Source: Trichoplax sp. H2 (lineage: Eukaryota). From it: DNA of 64,000 nt. Shown one piece after another: positions 1 to 14,910 of this stretch (the stretch's first letter is position 1; the number at the start of each line of letters is the position of its first letter). Under the pieces are notes generated by a model. That model did no database searches. It was not told the origin of the DNA and saw only the letters and a list, made by a program, of their open reading frames with translations. Made by a program: the position numbers and the translations under genes. The stretch spans positions 62,001-126,000 of the forward strand of contig NOWV01000019.1 in NCBI GenBank assembly GCA_003344405.1, given 5' to 3'.

Positions 1-14
1 CTCTCTCTGTTAAG

Positions 15-3000
15 GATAACCGAGATTAAATTAAAGCTAGAAGATCCAAATGCAGCTGGAAAGGACTTAGGCTATCTATTGTTAACATTGACATTGACGC
101 CAAAGAGAGAAATGAAAGAGGTAAATCAGAATGTTATGAACCAGTCATAACACATTTTGGATTGATCATTATGTCTAATGTTTACTATAAATTCGAATGA
201 TACGCAACACAATTGAAAATCTTATGTAAAGCTATAATATTAAAATATTAAGCATCAACAACATCTGCATCGTACATTTACTTCATGCATCAAGTTTCAC
301 ATACTGTCAGATAACGCATCTTGTATATCATCATCATTTCATTAAAGATATAATGTCTAAAGTTGGTAATGTACTATAATTGCTAGATATATCGCGTTTT
401 CCCTTACTGTTTGTTTTAATATAGTATGATTAATCTGAAGTAGTGATTTTTCCATCGTTTTTATCTTGAAAAATTTCTAAATACTGCAGAGATCAGTGAA
501 AAGCTAATATTAAGTTATATTCTAGTACTAATTAAATCAGAGTTGCAAATACCAACCTGGCTCTTAGTGCTTAATAATATTTGGAATATTTTCTATGACT
601 ACCGTATCTACAGTATGACTCTACACCCGAACTGTAATTATTCCACATAGCTCTATAATAAGAACTGACTTATTCAAGAATTTCAATCAATCGACATAGT
701 AACAGAGCAAGCATTATCAATCTACTACTTGTAATGAAATTAAGATATCCTCCGTATGCTCGTTATTATCCCATGAGTACCGATGTTATTATTCTTATCG
801 GAACATAATATGCCAAACTACGCCCCATTGCTATAATCGTATTACAGTACTTTAACCCGTATTATGTTTAAAGTTAACCATATTGTATCATGAAACAATA
901 ATTTAAAGCATTTTGACACCAATTCGGAGTCAACGCTAGCGAACAATAAAATGGAGATAATCATTTATAAATGTAAACAGCGAATTTAGATGGGTTACTG
1001 TAAGTATGGTGTTTACGTAGTCACGTTCTAGCAATTTCTCATATTTTGCTATATGTAGCCAATGACATCATCATCACTGCACTTTTAAGAGCAATGGCTT
1101 ATCATCATATTGTTTCCCTCCTATTTAATTATAGTTATGCACAGCATCATACATTTTGTCGCCGTATGCCTGTGTCCAGAAACTAATGCCAAATTTTAAT
1201 TTACTATTTCACATTAACGTTACTTTTGCAACGAGTCCGAGCAACTGCTGATGATTTTATCCTTAAATACGTATTTAAAACTTACTTGAGCTATTTCTGT
1301 AGTCAAATAATAATTGCATGCTTAACCAATCGACAAGTAATTTCGCAAAGATAAGAATGGTAACTTCAACTGAATCTCCGCCGACTTCTAATGAGTTAAA
1401 ATCAACTTTTCATCCTAGACAAGTATATCTAATATGTTGTGTTTTTATGAATATCAATCTTGAATAACTGTAATTCATATATCTCTTCATATGAATAAAA
1501 AGCCCAGAATGCAATACTTCTTATCTAGTAACTAGTTTATTGCAAGCATAAACTATCAAGAACAGTTCAGTTCATATGATAATTAAGGCTAAAGATGTAA
1601 ATAGGTATTCGATAAGGTATAAAGTAGTAAAAAGACAAGCAAGATTACTGCTCTTTACATCTCTGTAGCTCGTAGAAAAAAGACAAAACTTGCTAGAGCA
1701 GGATTTTTATGAAATAGGTAATTTGATATTATCCGGTAGCGCGGTAGTTGTCACTGCAAATATTGAAAAGTACACTGTGATATACCTTTCTTATTGATAT
1801 TCTATATATTGATGTATGTGTTTGCGTTCTATTTTAAATCTTATTTCCTTCCTACTACAACTACCTATTGCCTATTTATTGATGACATAAGACTATCAAG
1901 CTTATCGTTAATATAGCATTCTATAGTTAGATATTTATTATAGCTGTTTAAATTGTGCCGTAACATTTAATATTATACGCACAATTTATATATTATTTAC
2001 CAAAGGCAAAATCAAAGTCCTTAATAAGCACTCTAACACGTGGAAAATCAAAAAAGAAGATTGAAACTTCGGGCGTCGTTGATATAACAACCAAGAAACC
2101 TAGATCGCAGCATTCATGCGATTGCGTTTTGAATGTTGTACTACTAGAGGGTAAAAATCTGATGGCCATGGATGATAACGGTAAATAGCTCTTAAATTGT
2201 AGTATAGAGTAATGCTATCTATCAATTTCTTAATACTGGTTCTTACCCGTACTGAAATTATTATAGCAGTAAATAAGATACCATACTGACAGTACTAATA
2301 TTATTCAATCATCTCTATCAAATTAGGTAAAAGTGATCCCTATTGCAAGCTTAGAATCGGAAATGAAAAATTTAAAAGCAAGGTAGCTTTCAGATTGTAA
2401 TTTAATAACTTGCTATCAAGATATAGTATAAATTAATCTGATTGTATTGCACAGACTTGTAGCAAGACTTTAAATCCAGTTTGGAAAGAAGAATACGAAT
2501 TTCATATTTACTATGACCAAACAACTATATTTGAACTGGAGGTTTACGATTACGATATGGCATCAAAGGATGATTTCATGGGAAAGTGAGTAAATGACCC
2601 TTTATTCGAGTATTTGCGCATTACTAGCCAGCACATGTTGGGCATTATTATTTTTTAAATAAAACGAAACATTTTAAGATACAAATTCATAATAATTGAC
2701 AATGACAGAGTTGAACTAGACGTGCTAGCATTACCAAAAGAAGACACCGTACGTATGGAGTTAGAACTAGAGGGAGGCGAAGGATTAATTTTACTACTTC
2801 TTACATTAACGGGATTTAATGATGGCAACAACATGACTGACGAGGATTTGGCTGGAAAGGAAGTTACTGACCCTAAAATAATTGAAGACTTGGAAGATAA
2901 ATATGTCAGTTTAATAATAGATGTTTTAATTTTTGACGATCAAAGATCAAGGCTTAAATTAATTTCTGTTGATAATGCAGGCACTTTCAAAGACATTTAA

Positions 3001-5503
3001 AGATAAGGCTGATATAGGCTATTTAATTATGAAAGGTTATTTCTAGAAACGATATTTAAGCAATTATACATATCGATAATGATATGCAAAATCGAAAGTA
3101 TAAATACTACTAGGACCAGAATTGAAGATGTATCATATTTATATTTAATTTTTAGTCATAAGAGCAAAGGAGTTACCCGCTGCTGACTTTGGAGGTAAAT
3201 GTTTATTACTGACGACCGTTCACATCACCTTGGAATGTAAAATCGCGAATACTTCATTATAGGGAATAGTGATCCTTTTGTTATAGCTGAAGTTCGTAAT
3301 AGAAGAATTCAAACACCTACAGTTTATAAAACTATTAATCCAGAATGGGGCAAAGTTTACCAATTGTAAGTCTTTTCATTTTAGCATATCGTTTATTGTG
3401 TCTTGTAACCTACGCATTTATACTATGCGTCTACATCATCATTCTTCTGTGAAAACTGACGATACTTTTACTACGTTACTTTTATGCTTTAAGTGGAATC
3501 AAAGATATTCACGACATCGTTAAAATAAGCGTTTACGATGAAGATAAGGCTAAGAAAGAATTTTTGGGGAAATGCATGATACCCTTACTAGATGTATGTA
3601 TAATTTATAGTGCTTCATAACGAGCTTATAAGGAATAGTTTATTACTATAATGTGGAAACTGAAATTTCTTTGTGATCGTTGGTTAGGTTGAATCTGGCG
3701 TCAGAAAATGGCATAACTTAAAGGATCGAAAATTTCGCGATAAAGCTAAAGGTCAAATTGAAATAGAAATGACCGTTGTGTATAATCCGGTAAATTTGTA
3801 GCTAAATATCCGCATATTCTAGATAATGATTACTTTATAGCCTCTGTAAACATGTAATATGCTAACTTTTATCATCGTGGAACGGATGTCTAGATCAGAG
3901 CGGCTCTGCGCACCTTTAAACCTAGAGAAGAATATTTCTTGGAAGAGGAAATAAAGTTTAAACGTCAGGTATATATTTTATTACTAATAAATTTACAATA
4001 TAATATGTTATGAACTTTACCCTTTCAGATAAAAGTGATAATTATCTATTATTTAAAAGTGATAATTATCTATTATTTTACACACTACTAAGCAGTTCAA
4101 GAACTTATTTCTAAGATTTTTATATTATTATTGATCATATAGCTCCTCGTAAGGAATCTGAAACGTGTTGGTGGATTGGTAAAAGCGATAGTATCTTTTG
4201 GTGGTAGTATAAAAGATCTTTTTGAATGGAAACGAAAATCGAGGAGTGCCATTGCATTCATGGTAAATTTACTTTCTACTTCAAAATAAGAATTTTTAAG
4301 ATAAATGATTATATTACTAACTTTATTGATTAAACATCTGGACAGATATATATCTTCATCTGCCTAAACTTTGATTGGTTTTTCCTGCCGGTTATGTTGC
4401 TTATCACTTTCGCCTATCATTACATCAAGTATAGTTTAATGGGAAGTGCCTACTTTGATTTGGGAGAGGTGTGTTTCTAATCAAACAATTTATAAAGTGC
4501 ATACAATCTCAACATTAGCTTAAGCTTGAATTACAAATTTAATGATACTAATAGGAAGAAGAAGAAGACGATGATGACGAGGAGACTGAAGATGCAAATA
4601 AAAAAGGAAAAGTAAGGCTACCTTATTGACAAGACTTGCATTTTTAAATTTATAGAGTGATTCCAACGAATATGTAGTAACATTTTTCAATTAAAATCTC
4701 CTGGTTTTTACTTGCGTAAAATAATTATAGGAGAGTAAAAGTCTCAAAGCTAAATTGCAAGCGCTGTATGACGTATGTCAGACGGTACAAAATGTTCTGA
4801 ATAAAGTAGCATCATTTGGAGAAAGAGTTAAAAAGTAAGTTTACTGAAGTAAGAACTGATGTAGACATACAACTGATATAAGATTTAGCAAAGTTCTGAT
4901 ACTTTACCTCGATAACGTATGGGTGGTATTTTAAAAGCTATAAAAATTAGTTAGAAATGAGTATAGAAAAAGCGTTACATGATATACTTTGAGTTTACAA
5001 ATGATATCATTTAAAAACTGAGGTGTTCAACTACATTGTATCTATGATATCGTCTAAGTAACAGTTTTTGTCCAATTAGTATCGAAGGAATCAATTTTTA
5101 ATTTCTTACCATAATAGTACCTTCAATTGGACTGTTCCTTGGTTGTCAATGTTAATGGTTATCGTATTAAGTATTGTAACAGTCATATTTTACATCATAC
5201 CAATCCGTTATATTTTCCTGGCCTGGGGGATTAAAAAGTTTACGCGAAAAATTATTAAACCCAATCATATTCCTAATAATGAGTTAATGGATTTCTTATC
5301 AAGAATTCCATCGGATGAAGAACTGGTAAAATTTAAGAAATAATTTTAATCAAAAATCTATATGACCTAGCTATAATATTGGATGTTAAATAATTAACCA
5401 CTAACAAACACCTGACATTCTTTATTTGCATGTTCTGTTTTCATAGATACTATTACGCGATAGCAGTGTTCAAGACGAGAAAGATACGAAGAAAAAACGC
5501 TAG
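15..5503 (+). CDS. MCTP: Multiple C2 and transmembrane domain-containing protein (MCTP), 5' end outside window
   Basis: GT-AG exons at about 15-120, 2006-2180, 2327-2382, 2455-2585, 2709-2904, 2981-3035, 3156-3194, 3263-3365, 3494-3593, 3688-3789, 3894-3968, 4143-4262, 4346-4468, 4555-4611, 4731-4834, 5118-5325, 5447-5503. They give C2 motifs ([24 protein letters not shown]...[11 protein letters not shown]...VYDYD...[24 protein letters not shown]...KTINPEW), a TM region, an acidic stretch and the MCTP C-terminus ([25 protein letters not shown]...[15 protein letters not shown]...[17 protein letters not shown]). Stop TAG at 5501-5503. Confidence 0.93.
4031..4078. repeat. Exact 24-bp tandem duplication in an MCTP intron
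   Basis: aaaagtgataattatctattattt occurs twice head-to-tail (4031-4054, 4055-4078). Confidence 0.9.
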
Positions 5504-8500
5504 TTTGGCTTTTGTTTACTGAGTACTCAAAACTAGAATAATTGGTTACTAACACGTTTAATTGAAAAGGACAAAATTTGCACCAATATCGATAAACAAT
5601 TATATCAATCAAATAATGCTTAAAAATTATGCTGGTAAGACAGAGCAATGGTTTTCAAATATTATGGATTAAATGTAGTTGTTCAGCTATAGTGTTCGAT
5701 AAGATCACAACCACATATTTAATTTATTGATGAGTTATGTAGATGTGATGATATTTCGAAAATTAAAAGATTATACCCGACTAAGCCTAGCCAACAGATT
5801 TTATTTCTATATTCTTTATCAAAACGCTCTGCAAGATAAGGAAATGAAAGTCCTCTTCGACATGTCTACACTAGATAGCATTCATGCTACAAATAATGAT
5901 TAAACTTTTTTTTGTAGCAATTTTAATAAAAAGCTGTGTTATTCAGTCTACGAAGATCTCTTTCTGTCATATATAAACTCATTACCTAAAAATTTGTTGA
6001 TTATTTTGGTTTTGCAGCCATATTATAGCTAGGAAATCGCGGTTTAATGCTACTTTTTAATTGTAATTTCACTTCAACGTGTAGTGAAAGGCTTGTCACC
6101 TTTCTAAATTATACATAAATTAATTAAGGCACTAAAGCTGACACTGATATGAAGGTTTCATTTTTATTTTGAATACAATTAAATTATGCTATTAAGAGGC
6201 TCTACTTTAGATAATTATGCAACCTTTAGGCGTCTTTTTTGATATAATTTATGCATAGGCACTGTACCTATTTTACTAATAATCTCATTAAATTGTGGTT
6301 ACTGATCATCATTTTAGCTTTATCCGTGTCCTATGATTCAGTGAATCATACGGATTTGATTGATGATGTTAAATTTACTAGAAGATTTTAACTGCAAATT
6401 TATCATCAAAATTTATTCAAAAATATGAATAGATAGATGAAATTAAAACTTCAATAACATCATTATCTATTAGCTATTTAAAATTTATGTATGTGAATGA
6501 TTCCTTAATAGCAGATTTGCTTCTGAATTTAATACCGACATCAAGCTGGATTTTTATTTAATGTATTACTGTATGTAGTGTAGACGGCATTTTATGTTGA
6601 CTAAGATATCCATACACGTAAACATGAAGTAATTAAACTTATATTAATTCATGTTTGTTACTTTTATAAACTAATTTTAATATTTGCAGTAGATATTAAA
6701 TATCGTATTATAACCATAAGATTGGCATATGCACGACGTATTTGCCTTGGTTCTTCATTATTAAATAAAATAAATGACGCACATGCTCCTTTTATTAAAT
6801 TGTTTGCACTAAGGGCTATAAAAAATTTTTGGGTTGCTTTTCTCTCGTAATTATATCAACGTACTATGTTCAATATTCATTATACTTTTACAAATTTATC
6901 AATAAATATCAATTTTGCTAGTCAACTATCCTTGTCTCTGAAGTTCGATTACGATTCATAAAAGAAATAGAAATCGGACAAAGCTTGAAATAGTTGATAC
7001 GTAATGGTATTGATGGTATATTCCCATATGAAAATACGACCAGAACGGTAAAGCAGTTGGCAATAGTTCTCATTCATTTGTCATTAATTCATGGCCTCTT
7101 TGATTCTAGATTCGCTGCTAGATTTTGCAGTAATATGGCTAGTGTAATAATTAATCAATTAATAATCAGACAAATAACATACAGCAGATACATGTTTGAT
7201 CTCTTTAGGATCTAATTTATCATCTGAATATACAGAGTACGCGCACACTTGCACAGTTAACGTGACTATGGGAACAAAAATTTTCTAGTTTTATCAGAAA
7301 TTTTTGCTACCCTATTGAAATATACCCCTATAAATTGATTCATTATTTAATGAATACCTGTTTTTGTTTTAATTGATTCCTATCTAAGGATTTTCAAGGG
7401 CATTTAACAGCTTTAGGGACGAATTTGTTTAACTTTCATGCATAGCTTTTACTGATCGAAAAATATTTCAATATATTTACTAAACGTTGCAATGATGACA
7501 TAAAATCATTTTGAAGATGGCTACAGGTAACTGATAATATTTGCAATGGACATGCAATTCCTTAGATATATGCGGTACAAAAATGATGTGGTAACAACGT
7601 ACAGTACAGGTTTTTATGAATACATAACAGCTATCAGATATCTTTAATTCTCTCATTTACCTCTCTTCATTGCTGACTAGCACTAATAAAGCCTCTCTCA
7701 GACATATATGCTCTTTCTCTCTCTTGCTCTCCTCACTCATGTTCCCTTCTGGAATGTTTATGGATATAGCTAACCCTCGTACACAGGTAGAAAATCTTAC
7801 GTAACCAATCTATCACAGGTGATATGAGTTCAATTGAATTATAGAGCTAGATATAAAATTTTACACATAACAAATCAAGCAATTTTTTTTAAATAGTTTT
7901 TATTCAAGTCATTCGAAAAGAAAACCATCTATCATTGAGCAAGAATATTAATCAATCTACAGGTACGGAACCACAATAAATGCGATAGAATCATAACTGC
8001 ATATTAAGCTCTACTAGTACATAAACTATTCAATTTATCGTCTCTGGCTTATGAATTTCTATCAGTCTAGCTTTTAAATGTACATATTAGCTTCCTAGGA
8101 TTGATTTTTCATCAATTAGATGTTTGAGAAATATTACAGTAAAGTAATAGCTAATTCTTGAATGTAGAATTTTGTTATAGAATGCATAAATCATTTCAGT
8201 TATAAGCCTAAATTGCTATTCTTATCATCTGCGCTAGTTAATTAGGCATATTAATTTAAAAGTAATCATATTTGATAAAATGAACAGATTAGCATAGTTA
8301 CTTATACGCTATTTAAGTTATAAACTAGAAGAAATAAACATATAATGGTCAGTGCTGAAAATTAGAAATGTATTCAAATAAGACCAAGCTAAGGGTAGGT
8401 TATCCTGTAACGATAATAGAGCTGTTCGCTTGTAACAATAAGATCAAGTCGATATCAATTTGTTTTTCTATTGCGGACAAATCATTTTGATGTATCCTAT

Positions 8501-8570
8501 CAGAAAGAGCACAGCAATAATAAAAAATATCGTGAAAGCCCATTCCTCAGTATGGTGATGAAATAGTATA

Positions 8571-9145
8571 TTATAACTGGCCACTCTCTACGAGATGATT
8601 CAATTTATCAACAATTTCATCCATAATAACATTAAATTTATCATTGCGATCAAATGCTCTCTCAATAAATTCTTCGTTGGAATAAAATTCAAATACATTT
8701 TTAACTCTTTTATGCGATTTATCGGTTAAATGGCGATTGATTAAGCTATCAATCAGCTGTTTACATTCATTTAACATTCTAATTAGGTAACGCTTATCAA
8801 ATGTGAAACTAATCTCACGAAAGCTGATAATGGTTAAGATTAATTGATGGAATTTATCTTGCAACTGGTGTCCAATCTCTAGTTCTTCCTCATTCAATTG
8901 CTCATAACGATATAAGATGCCAATTTTAACAATGATTTTCAAGATGTTTTTAACTAATTTTTCAGCTTTTTTCTTCTCTTTCATTTCCAGTTTGGCCATA
9001 GTGTAAATATTATCCAGTAATGAGCCAACACTATCATCGATGAACATTTTGGCTAATCCTCGCGTTGCCATCCTGCCCAATAATTTTTTTTCAACGCGAA
9101 TGGCCATTTTTTTACTGCTAAAATGTTCATTATTTGATTCGGACA
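8571..9145 (-). CDS. TNFAIP8: TNFAIP8/TIPE family protein, main coding exon (first exon lies upstream)
   Basis: ORF reads FSSKKMAIRVEKKLLGRMA...MFIDDSVGSLLDNIY...KKKAEKLVKNILKIIVKIGILYR...SFTFD...HLTDKSHKRVKNVFEFYS, typical of TIPE. A 3' splice acceptor ttcag| precedes TGTCCGAA at 9145, so the GTG start in the ORF track is really a splice junction. Confidence 0.93.
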
Positions 9146-12100
9146 CTGAATACGTAAATGAAAATTAGAAACATTAATATTATAAATATACCAAATGTTG
9201 TCCCTAAGAACTTAGGCTACGATAGCGTTTTGATTGAAAAAGTAATTCATCCATGCAATTCATTTATTTCTCTGATTTCACTATTGAAAACATGTACAGT
9301 ACTATTAACTAAAATATATAAAATAGCGAAATTGTGATACAAGAAGCAGCAAAACAAAGAAATCTCGAATGGACGAGCACTGTGTCAAAACGTTGATTCA
9401 TGTTTGCCCCTATAATATTTCTGACATTATTTAGCTTTCAAAAACACAAAGTCATCCTATGCTATTATCAAATCAGAAAAGCAAGGTCGTAATAGATATC
9501 AATCAAAATGAAGTAAACATTAAATTCATAGTGACAAAGTGATGAATTATAAAGTTGATCTAGCCTTTTTCTCTAGTTATTAAATCGTCAAGAGTGCCAT
9601 GTCTGTAACTAGTAATACTTGAAGAATTATGTAACAAACTCAGTAAAATTAGAAGGTGTGATTTGGACAGAGAACAGCTTGCTAAATAGATCAAATTATC
9701 AACAATATTTCATAAATCTAGTGGATATGTCACTAGTAATATAAAATTTGTAGTAGAGAAATTCATAACTTTCAGCATAAACACTGCATTATAGCTTTAG
9801 AAGTGACTGCATAATCAATGGCGTAGCATACGGAAGCTAGTTTGTTAAAATAGAAACAAAATGATTATGAGTAGAATATTTAATTTCGATTATTTTGCTA
9901 CATAATACTAGATATGGTGGATATCTGTAATTGGAATCCATTCTATTTAACAAAATAATTGAGCGGAAATAAACAAAATAATAAAAGTCGAAAAGTGATA
10001 ATGATGTTCTTTTATCCTGACGTATGGATAATCCGTAGCTGGATATATGCTACTATATAATGCAAGGCAAGAATAAAGTTGTTTGAGAAGCTTAATATAC
10101 TAGTATCAACTTTGTCGTTATGAATTAGTATAAATAAATCTGTTTGAGCCGTGTACACAAAATGTAAAATTTTACTAGTATTGCTGTCAAAGTAAACTTT
10201 TTCTTGAAGAAAAGAAAATCGATTATCAAGGTTGAATAGATATTGCATTTAATTTAGATTAAATGCTACGTCTATGCTATTTGACGCATTTTTTTACGTA
10301 AAGAACAAACTATATCGGCTCAATCTAGTACCAAAGATTGATACTTTGAATTGTGGCTATGAAGATTTCAAGTTGATTATCATTACAGTTGTATGTAGCT
10401 AATATCTCTCTTTCCAGCAATAACACCGAGTAAAAATACTCTATGAAGGTAAAGCGACTAACTACTACTGCAATCTTTACTAGCTTTAGAGTACCATAAT
10501 AGTAATATGAGCTAAATTAAGCTTGAAAAAGATTTCATAAAGCTACCAAATTATTTGAATGTTTTAAATTTGATATTTTCATCTACTACCTTTATTTCAA
10601 CTATCATTATTTCTATTGATATCAATAAAATATTAATCAAGAGATAAAACAATGCGCAAATGATTGGCAGATAGTCTAACTTATGCAAATAGGTGACTTG
10701 AAAACGTCATTATAAGTATGGTTAGGGTATTCCAAAAAGGAATCACATCTATGTCGTATTTATCGGTTTAGAGATGGTCTTGTAATTAATTACTTTATTA
10801 AGACTATATCCTAATCGAAAAGGAAAGCAATCTCCATATTTAATACCTATGATAGGCTAATTTTAAATGATTCATTATCAACCTCGAATGAAAAGAAATT
10901 GCTAGTATCAAGGCAACTTAAGCATAATGTTTCTCTGTCGAAAGTATGAATATGAAAGATTATTTTAAAATATTTACGTCTTCTTTCCCTTTTCTTCCTG
11001 TATTGATTATGATGAAGTAGGTAATAAATTAGTCATAAATTTATTCGCATTAAGATTACACATTTTCACTAGCCTATATTTTCTATTTTTAAAAGAAGAC
11101 TTCGGCGTGCATGCCATAGACTGAGAGTCATGAAGGAATTCAATTTAAAAATGTTAAAGCTATAAAATTTCGTTAATAAACAGCGATCTAGCTATTGTTA
11201 AGCCGTGTTACCATTCAAAGGTTTGGAGAATAACATGGATTAATTAACGATTAATAATTACCCTTCAAGGGCAATAAATCGTTCATAGAGAAAATAGCAG
11301 AGCTCTATTCTAGTGACAACATTATTTACGGTTTTAAAGTCATATATCGATTAATTTAAAATGCAATTTACTGGTAGGTGGAATTTAGGTAAAACATTAG
11401 CAATATAAATCAACTTGCTGATGCTATGAATGGTGTTTTTTTATTCATTTCTCTACTATTTAAATAGCAACAATATCTTAATAAATCACAACTAGAATAG
11501 AAATCTAGATATTATATTAAATCAAATTGGATAACTTATTCAACCGTAAATAGAAAGATTCAGGATCTATACAATACGTCAAGAATCGGTGTATGCTACT
11601 CAACCAATATTTTGACAGTTAAAATTAATTCTGAAAATAAATTGTTATTCTGTAAGTCACAATCCCGGATGTTCCTATTCATAGGGAAGTTGGAAGTGAT
11701 GAAGTTTGCTAATCTCTAGTTCTACTGCTACTGTTTTTATTCATGATTAAATAATTTGCCTATAGGTCGTTTCTTGAGATTTTCCAGTGTACCTCTATAG
11801 CATTATATCTAAATTTTCTCTTAACAGTCTTTGCTATGATAACTGCCTAAGGTATTGGTATCTCATCTACTAGGCTAATTGTGTATTCCTGCAGTAGGAA
11901 TGAAATCTAGTCGCATCAATAGATGTTATCCTAATCTTTAGCAATGTAGATAGATCAATACATGTCTACCACATAGGTAAAAGGTTTACCTCTATGATAC
12001 TTGCGATTTTAACTACGAATTCATATAGTGCTAAATGAAAGATATTTGCATCTGCAATTTATATTATCGATCAGTTTTGCTTTGATTGAATATCTTTGAT

Positions 12101-12849
12101 CTGACTAATGGTCAACTTGAGTATTTACATTTGTATATCTCATTCCAAACCCTTTCATTCTAGATTCAATGTACTTGTCTTCTAGCGCAATTGTCAATGT
12201 TTCCAATTAAATACATTGATAATAATAATTCTTAGTTCCGCCACTGATTTACAAACGAAGTAAACTAAATAATTTTTACACTCAGTAATATCATTATCAA
12301 TCTAAAGTTAGGAAACAGGAATTTCAAACGAATCTGTATCTATAACTCGCTACCCTAGATTCTTGTAGTAACAATTTAATCTATTCCATCTATTAACATT
12401 ATAATCCATTCCTTTAGCATTAATTTAATATCTTTCTGTCTATAGTGAAAGTATTCTTTATAGGATTAAAATCGATATTTATAAAGCCTTAACACCAATT
12501 CTATCAACCTGGACAAAGTATAAATTTGCCCGATACTATCGTCTATTCATTCAATTTCCATGAAATATCCATCTTAGCTATTACTATTTCATCTTAATTT
12601 GTAACTACTAACTACTACAGAAAGTGATTGAATGGAAATAGCGGAATGTAGGAAAGAAACTCATCCAAGGTTATTAATTAAGAACCAATCATACCATGAT
12701 TGGAAACCTAATCTTCAAATACAACTTTGTCAACGAATAGTCGGATATAATCAAGAAATAAAATCCACTGTATACCACGAAAGTGATCAGCCTGAGCAAG
12801 TAGTGAAACGATATATCTTTCTATCATTGAGCTAGTAAAATCAATCTCT

Positions 12850-14910
12850 TATTTTTACTTACTATTTGATAGCTGCAGTTTAATTTTCGTCTAGTACTCC
12901 ACGTCGTAGGAAAATAACCTTATTAATAGGCTGAATTTTGTCCTTAGATGTTAATGAGATGTGAAAATTTTGATATAATTTGCTGAAAATGTAACAGTAC
13001 TTTTCGATTCTTGATTGTAGTGATGGCTAGCTAGCCAAATGAAATTGAAATCCAAGTGAGTAAATTTAGTATCACTCTACTGCAAGAAATCAATGATCCA
13101 GGTTAGTATTCCTTCTAGTTGTTCTGGAAATTGATCAAATCTTACATTCTAGATAGATTGAAATCATAATATATTCATAGTGAATACATGCACGCGATTT
13201 TGCAAGTTTGGAGGAGATAAACCGATGATTCAATCTCATCATCCCCCTTCAATCGATCAATAAAATTCTCATAAGGTAAGCTGATTCTAATTAAAATAAG
13301 AGTAATTTCGATGTTTAAATGTGCATAATTTTATGTTATTAAATTGATGATATACGTTAAACATTCCTTCTTGTAATCCATCGAAATAAATATCAACTTA
13401 AGTAATCTACATCGCTTGAAAGCAAGATAGGATTAATCAAGGCATGCGATTTAGAAAATATCTATGTAATTAATCGAAGGCACAAGCTCATAATCCTTCT
13501 TTCAACTTACTATAATGAACTTACTCCAACCAAAATAAAAAACTAATTTAGATATTAAACTAATTTGAAAATTGATGATATAAGGGAACATTCCTAGTCG
13601 CAATACATTGAAATTAACATCAACATATGTACTATCAACCGTTTAAAAGCATGATAGAATTAATTTGAGTATTTAATTTAGCAAAATTCATATTGATCAA
13701 TCAATCAATGATATAAGCCAATTGTCGTGCTTATCTGTCGTAAAAATAAAACTTATAAAATCTAAAGTGATTTAAATTAAAGTAAAAATAATTCTTGACA
13801 TGCAATAGCGCCTTGCTCTATAAGATAAAGCCTTATAATTTATTAATTTAAGTAAATGGCAACTCATAGAATCTAAATTGATTTCAATCAAAGTAAAATT
13901 TAATTTGGAAATCTTATGATGGAAATCGTAGATTATAAATGATAATGCAAGTCGATATTTCCTTAAAATCTAGCAGAGCAAAATTAGTTCATATCTTAAC
14001 AGAGTTAATTCAGAGATCTAATAGTGCATAGCTCTAAATTATAAACAGATAATGCAAGTCGATATTTTCCCTTACAAACTACTAAAGTAAAGGCAAATGT
14101 ATATAGTATAAGTTGATTCCAAGTAAAGTATAATTAATTCAGACATGAAATTGCGCAAAGTTCTAAATTCTATACGGATGAAGCAAGTCAACATTCCTCC
14201 TTGTAATGCATTGAACTAAATGCAAACTCATAAAGCCTAACTCGATTGTAATCAAAATAAAATCATTCAGACATCGAATAGCGCAGAATTCTAGATGAAG
14301 TATAAATAGGTAATGCAAGCTAGAATTTTTCCTCGCAATCTGATACAGTAAAAGTCAACGCACTTAGTCTGAATTGATTCTAATCAAAATTCGATTCATT
14401 ATATTTTTTGATCAACGAAAAGTTCTTTTTAATACTTTTGTTTACTCTTACGATATCTAAACTACAGTACCGTAAAAATAATATCAACATAGGACGAGAT
14501 TAAGACAATCTAACTAAAGTGTACAGAATATGTAGAGCATGTATTCCGTCATTCGTCTCGTAAAATAAATCTTTTCCTTTTCACTTACTATTTGATGGAA
14601 CAAATTTGAGATTTTCCTGGCACTCTACGTCTTAAGAAATGGCTGTAGCGATGGCTGGAATTTTGTCTTGAAGTATTAATTGGTTGAATACAAAGATTTC
14701 GCAACAATATAATGAAATAGACCAGTAATTATGCTTAATGGTTGTTAATTGAAAAGATTGCTAATTGGCTCGATTCAGAATAATGTTTCTTTATAGCAGG
14801 TACTCGTTACGGATTGGCCAATCGAATCGAAATCCAGGTATGGAAATTTGAATCACTGCAAGTAAGAAAAAGACGATACAAATTAGTATTTTCTTGTAAA
14901 TCATGGAAAT
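12850..14910. repeat. Diverged ~300-bp duplication (copies at about 12850-13150 and 14575-14910)
   Basis: Shared blocks: acttactatttgat (12857, 14583); ggctgaattttgtc vs ggctggaattttgtc; gccaaatgaaattgaaatcca vs gccaatcgaatcgaaatcca; ttagtatt. Confidence 0.7.

Noticed and set aside
5394-7215. ORFs 5394-5648 (-) and 6994-7215 (+)
   Set aside because: Antisense to the MCTP last exon/UTR or in intergenic AT-rich DNA, with no family features.
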